NCBI GenBank assembly: GCA_038061035.1
Contig: JBBUAC010000023.1
Location: forward strand, 1-37,823
Direction of reading: 5' to 3'
DNA from: Patescibacteria group bacterium
GTDB taxonomy: Bacteria; Patescibacteriota; Minisyncoccia; Phycocordibacterales; UBA9973
Length of the DNA: 37,823 nucleotides
Part shown: piece by piece, positions 33,888 to 37,823 of the stretch
Layout: every line of letters begins with the position of its first letter
Position numbering within the stretch: the stretch's first letter is position 1
Notes under the pieces: generated by a model
What the model was told of the DNA's origin: nothing
What the model saw: the letters and a program-made list of their open reading frames with translations, nothing else
Database searches by the model: none
Made by a program: the position numbers and the translations under genes

Positions 33888-36800
33888 ATGAAAGATTACT
33901 TACAAGAAATTCAAAAATATTTTTATGATGAAAACAGCTCTGAACATTCATATCGGACTTCTTTTGAAAATTATTTAAAAGAAATTTTTCCAAAAGAAAA
34001 AGGTTATTTTACACAACAAGACCAAAGAGCTATAAATGGAAATAAACCTGATTTTATTATATTTAAAAATAAAGTTCCCTTACTTTATATAGAAGTTAAA
34101 AAAGTTGGGGAAGATTTAGATAAAATTGAAAAATCTGATCAAGCTGATAGATACTTCGGTTACAGCAACTTGATAATTAGCGATTACGTTAATTTTAGGT
34201 TTTTTAGAAATGGGCAGAAATACAATGAAGAAATTTCTCTCGGAGATATAGATAAAAACGGAAGATATATAAAAATAAAAAATGAAAACTCTGATTATTT
34301 AATAAAAACAATTTTAGATTTTGTTTCTTCTAATAAAGAACCAATTAAGAGTGGAGTACATCTTGCAAAAATAATGGGAGGAATAGCAAAGCGTGTTAGG
34401 TCTAATGTATTAGAAATGCTTTTTTCTAAATCAGAGCGTTATATAGAATTGTTTAAAATAAGGGATGTTGTGAAAGAGAATTTGATTTCAAGTCTTGACG
34501 ATAATTCTTTTGCAGATATGTATGCGCAGACTTTAGTTTATGGTCTTTTTTCAGCTCGATATAATGATACAACACTTAATAATTTTTCCCGTATTGAAGC
34601 TCGGGAACTTATACCAAAAACAAATCCATTTTTAAGATCTTTCTTTGACCATATTGCAGGAAATACTTTTCCAGAAAGACTACGATTTATTGTTGATGAA
34701 TTATGTGAAGTTTTTACTCATGCCCATGTGCATAATCTTATGCATGAGTATTTTAAAAAAGAAAGTTTGTTTGGAGAAGTATATGAAAGTCCTGATCCAG
34801 TTATTCATTTTTATGAAGATTTCTTGCGTGAATATGATGTAAAAAAGAAAATGGAAATGGGAGTTTTCTACACACCTCGTCCAGTAGTACAATTTATTGT
34901 TCGCGCGGTGGATAGTATTTTAAAAAGTGAATTTAATCTTTTAAAAGGTTTGGCTGATAAAACCAAAATACAAATAGAAAGAAAAGAAATAGATAAAAAG
35001 GGAAAAACAATTAAGATTCAAAAAGAATATCACAAAGTTCAAATTCTTGATGTGGCTACAGGCACAGGAACATTCTTAAATGAAGTCATTAAACATATTT
35101 ATAAAGATTTTATTGGTCAAGAGGGTCATTGGCCATCATATGTAGAAGATAATCTTTTGCCAAGATTGCATGGTTTTGAGCTGATGATGGCTTCTTATAC
35201 TATTGCTCATTTGAAATTAGGTATGACACTTCAGGACACAAAGGCTGGGGAATTAAAAACTCGTTTGGGGGTATATCTTACAAATACACTTGAAGCTTCG
35301 GTGGACTATGCAAATCAAGGTACTTTATTTGGTTTAATGGATAGTATCGCTCAAGAAAGTAAAAGTGCTTCAAAGATAAAATCAGAATACCCCATTATGT
35401 GTGTAATTGGGAATCCACCATATAGTGGTGTTTCTCAAAATAAAATTTATACCGACAATAATGTTTATAAAGTAGAGATAGGAGGCAAACAAAAACTTCA
35501 AGAAAGAAAACATTGGTTGGATGATGATTATGTTAAATTTATTCGCTTTGCTGAAAGTCTAATAGAGAAAAATGAGGAGGGAATTATTGGAATGATTACT
35601 GCTCATGGATATATTGATAACCCTACATTTCGGGGAATGCGATGGCACTTGAGAAACACTTTTGACAAAATTTACATTCTAGATTTACATGGAAATAGTA
35701 ATAAGGGGGAAATAAGCCCTGATGGATCAAAAGACGGTAATATTTTTGATATTAAAACCGGTGTAGCTATAATTTTAGGAATTAAAAATTCTAACATTAA
35801 AAATAAAAAATTGGCACAAGTTTTAAAAGCAGATTTCTATGGAATTCGTGCAGAAAAATTTAAAAAATTGGATATTTCAAATATTGATAAAATAGATTGG
35901 ACAAAACTACCAGAAAATACAGATTTATGGGTTCTTGAAGGAGTGGGTAAAACTGAATATAAAAAAGGGTTTTCTGTCGCTGAGCTGTTTCCCAAAAATA
36001 CAACAGGAATTGTAACTGGAATAGATAAATTATCCATTTTTTACACAAAGGATGAATTAGAAAAAATAACGAAATCTATCCTAAATTCAAATAATCCCTA
36101 TGTAGAATTTAATATTAAGGATGGAAGAAAATATAAAAAAGAAGAAAGATTAAAAGAATTAAAAGAAGCATCAGAAGATAAACCGACTTTAATTTCTTAT
36201 AGGTCTTTTGATGATAGGTGGATGTATTATACAAAAGGATCAGAAGTTTGGATTAATTCTCCAAGATTTGAGATAATGCAAAATTTTATAAATAAAGATA
36301 ACTTAGGATTAATTGTTTGTAAGCAAGTAAAAAGTGGAGATTCATGGCAACATTTAAGTATCTCTAAAAATATAATTGAATCGTCTTTCATTTCTAATAA
36401 AACTGGAGAAATAAATTCTAGTTTACCTCTGTATTTATATACAGAACAAGGAGAAAAGATTCCAAACTTAAACAAAGAAATTTGCGAGAAAATAAATGAG
36501 GAAGCAGGAGAAACAACGCCAGAAAATATTCTGGATTATATATACGCAGTTTTACATTCACCTAAATATCGAGAAACCTATAAAGAATTTTTGAAAATAG
36601 ATTTTCCTCGTGTGCCATATCCGACTGACAAAAAAGAATTTGAAAGATTAATTAAACTTGGAGAAAAATTAAGAAATCTGCATTTAATGATTGACCCAGA
36701 TTGTGAAAGATTTATTACAAAATATTCTGTAGCGGGTGGTAATTTTGTGGAAAAAGTAAAATACGAAAATGGTAATGTTTATATAAATACTACTCAAAAT

Positions 36801-36977
36801 TTTAAAGGTGTTCCAGAAATTGTTTGGAATTTTTATATTGGAGGTTATCAACCTACACAAAAATATCTAAAAGATAGAAAAGGAAAACAACTAAATAGTG
36901 ATGAAATAGAACATTATCAGAAAATAATTAAAGTTTTATTTGAGACTAATAAGATAATGAAGGAGATAGATAAATAA
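33888..36977 (+). CDS. Single-chain Type IIG/IIL (MmeI-like) restriction-modification enzyme
   Basis: N-terminal PD-ExK candidate KPDFIIF...YIEVKK. MTase motif I ILDVATGTGTFL, motif IV GNPPYSG. The C-terminal target-recognition/Type ISP-like region includes YIYAVLHSPKYRETYKEFLKIDFPRVPYP. Confidence 0.8.
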   Translation: MKDYLQEIQKYFYDENSSEHSYRTSFENYLKEIFPKEKGYFTQQDQRAINGNKPDFIIFKNKVPLLYIEVKKVGEDLDKIEKSDQADRYFGYSNLIISDYVNFRFFRNGQKYNEEISLGDIDKNGRYIKIKNENSDYLIKTILDFVSSNKEPIKSGVHLAKIMGGIAKRVRSNVLEMLFSKSERYIELFKIRDVVKENLISSLDDNSFADMYAQTLVYGLFSARYNDTTLNNFSRIEARELIPKTNPFLRSFFDHIAGNTFPERLRFIVDELCEVFTHAHVHNLMHEYFKKESLFGEVYESPDPVIHFYEDFLREYDVKKKMEMGVFYTPRPVVQFIVRAVDSILKSEFNLLKGLADKTKIQIERKEIDKKGKTIKIQKEYHKVQILDVATGTGTFLNEVIKHIYKDFIGQEGHWPSYVEDNLLPRLHGFELMMASYTIAHLKLGMTLQDTKAGELKTRLGVYLTNTLEASVDYANQGTLFGLMDSIAQESKSASKIKSEYPIMCVIGNPPYSGVSQNKIYTDNNVYKVEIGGKQKLQERKHWLDDDYVKFIRFAESLIEKNEEGIIGMITAHGYIDNPTFRGMRWHLRNTFDKIYILDLHGNSNKGEISPDGSKDGNIFDIKTGVAIILGIKNSNIKNKKLAQVLKADFYGIRAEKFKKLDISNIDKIDWTKLPENTDLWVLEGVGKTEYKKGFSVAELFPKNTTGIVTGIDKLSIFYTKDELEKITKSILNSNNPYVEFNIKDGRKYKKEERLKELKEASEDKPTLISYRSFDDRWMYYTKGSEVWINSPRFEIMQNFINKDNLGLIVCKQVKSGDSWQHLSISKNIIESSFISNKTGEINSSLPLYLYTEQGEKIPNLNKEICEKINEEAGETTPENILDYIYAVLHSPKYRETYKEFLKIDFPRVPYPTDKKEFERLIKLGEKLRNLHLMIDPDCERFITKYSVAGGNFVEKVKYENGNVYINTTQNFKGVPEIVWNFYIGGYQPTQKYLKDRKGKQLNSDEIEHYQKIIKVLFETNKIMKEIDK

Positions 36978-37020
36978 TATTTTTAGTTGATTAGTTATTT
37001 TTTTAGTATAATATACACAT

Positions 37021-37242
37021 ATGACAAGAATGGCATTTGATTCAATTTTTATAAGAAATTCAGATGGTACATTAGAACCTCGCCAAGTTGTTCGAATTGG
37101 TGGTGTCACAATGGGACCAGGTGTTAAATTTGGAGAAGGAGTATCTTTTGGCGGAATTGATCTTACAAAGTTTTTAGGAAGAGCTTTTGAAGTTCAAACT
37201 GATAATGGAGTTCTTGTAATAACTGGTATTTATGGACAATAA
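37021..37242 (+). CDS. Small hypothetical protein (73 aa, Gly/Val-rich)
   Basis: TATAAT at 37007-37012 lies 8 nt upstream of the ATG. It overlaps the next ORF by 11 nt. Confidence 0.45.
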   Translation: MTRMAFDSIFIRNSDGTLEPRQVVRIGGVTMGPGVKFGEGVSFGGIDLTKFLGRAFEVQTDNGVLVITGIYGQ

Positions 37243-37585
37243 AAATAAACAATCAGAAAATATAATAAAAATAGCGGATCCTCAATTTGAAGGAAAAGAG
37301 ATATTACAGCATGGGATAAGGCAAATTTTAGGTCAGTTAAGAGATATAAAAAAGACATTTAATTATATATTAACTTCTGTAATTGTTGTTTTAGCTTTAG
37401 GATTTATAACTCTTTTATTTATGGTTGCGACCATGATGATTGATAGCTGGAATTTTAATTCTACTATTTATAAAGAGAACAAAGTTTTAGAAGTAAATTC
37501 TAAAATAATTCAGAATAATTCTAATGAACAACAGGATATAAATAAACGTTTAGATAAAATAGAATTTTTATTAAAAATACGATAA
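37232..37585 (+). CDS. Small membrane protein (117 aa, one TM plus a C-terminal coiled-coil-like part)
   Basis: TM segment ILTSVIVVLALGFITLLFMVATMMI. It appears translationally coupled to the 73-aa ORF. Confidence 0.45.
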   Translation: MDNKNKQSENIIKIADPQFEGKEILQHGIRQILGQLRDIKKTFNYILTSVIVVLALGFITLLFMVATMMIDSWNFNSTIYKENKVLEVNSKIIQNNSNEQQDINKRLDKIEFLLKIR

Positions 37586-37662
37586 GTGCGGAGTATTAAT
37601 GATACTACATATAAAGTAACTATAGTTAAAATAGTGTAGTAAGGACGGTTCCTGCTATAACT

Positions 37663-37712
37663 AAGAATCTCTTAATGTATCTGTAGCACTGGGTGTAGTT
37701 TTATTTTCTAGT
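37663..37712 (+). repeat. 50-bp direct repeat, right copy (orphan 3' end of the trmH-like gene)
   Basis: Identical to 30487-30536, and continues TTA TAA in the same frame. Confidence 0.95.
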
Positions 37713-37720
37713 TTATAAAA

Positions 37721-37752
37721 AACTTACAGAAATACAAACTTTTCTGTAAGTT
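37721..37752 (+). terminator. Intrinsic terminator following the orphan trmH 3' end
   Basis: 12-bp stem AACTTACAGAAA / TTTCTGTAAGTT with an 8-nt loop, then a T-rich tail. Confidence 0.75.
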
Positions 37753-37768
37753 TTGTAATTTAAAACTT

Positions 37769-37823
37769 TTACCAATAAATTTCCCCTGTGCCAACTGGTG
37801 GAAGTGGTTTTATATAAGGTCCG
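37769..37823 (-). CDS. 3' end of an unidentified minus-strand gene that continues beyond the window
   Basis: The minus strand reads ...GPYIKPLPPVGTGEIYW* with a TAA at 37769-37771. Confidence 0.3.
   Translation of the reverse strand, partial: GPYIKPLPPVGTGEIYW

Larger units (their letters stand above)
30537..37662. mobile_element. 7.1-kb inserted segment (genomic islet) bounded by 50-bp direct repeats, with no recombinase gene
   Basis: Perfect direct repeats flank it. The right copy is followed by an alternative stop codon and a strong terminator. The cargo is a lipase-like surface protein, a membrane protein, a Type IIG RM enzyme and two small ORFs. Confidence 0.65.

Noticed and set aside
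30537-37662. Integrase, transposase or relaxase gene inside the repeat-flanked islet
   Set aside because: All ORFs of 60 aa or more in the six-frame track within the islet are accounted for, and none shows tyrosine/serine recombinase or DDE motifs that I can recognise. The islet is therefore reported as recombinase-less and not as a complete mobile element.

Overview
The window is very AT-rich, has short intergenic spacers and reads under the standard genetic code (TGA is used as a stop). It looks like the chromosomal replication-origin neighbourhood of a small-genome bacterium. The gene content (T4SS-type pilin, VirB4-like ATPase, several AAA_14/DUF4143 ATPases, LOG, a lone PilB) suggests Patescibacteria/CPR, but that assignment is inference. 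The core backbone is rpmH-rnpA-yidD-yidC-jag on the minus strand, then dnaA-oriC-dnaN, class A PBP, tyrS, ruvC, yebC, ruvB, LOG, pilB, tsaE, polA, a holA-like gene, tRNA-Lys and a SpoU/TrmH methyltransferase. Accessory material sits between these genes:
- a partial T4SS-like cluster with a pilin-M15 peptidase fusion;
- two type II toxin-antitoxin pairs (DinJ/YafQ and BrnT/BrnA);
- three standalone AAA_14/DUF4143 ATPase paralogs;
- decayed gene fragments;
- a 7.1-kb segment flanked by perfect 50-bp direct repeats at the 3' end of the trmH-like gene. It carries an LCAT-like surface lipase, an MmeI-like Type IIG restriction-modification enzyme and small unknown genes, but no recombinase.

Three sequence-level patterns stand out:
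- -10 promoter boxes sit 6-9 nt upstream of start codons with no Shine-Dalgarno motif, which implies leaderless mRNAs;
- an AT-rich hairpin family built from ATTACGA heptads;
- hairpin elements that appear to be inserted in frame in tsaE and polA.
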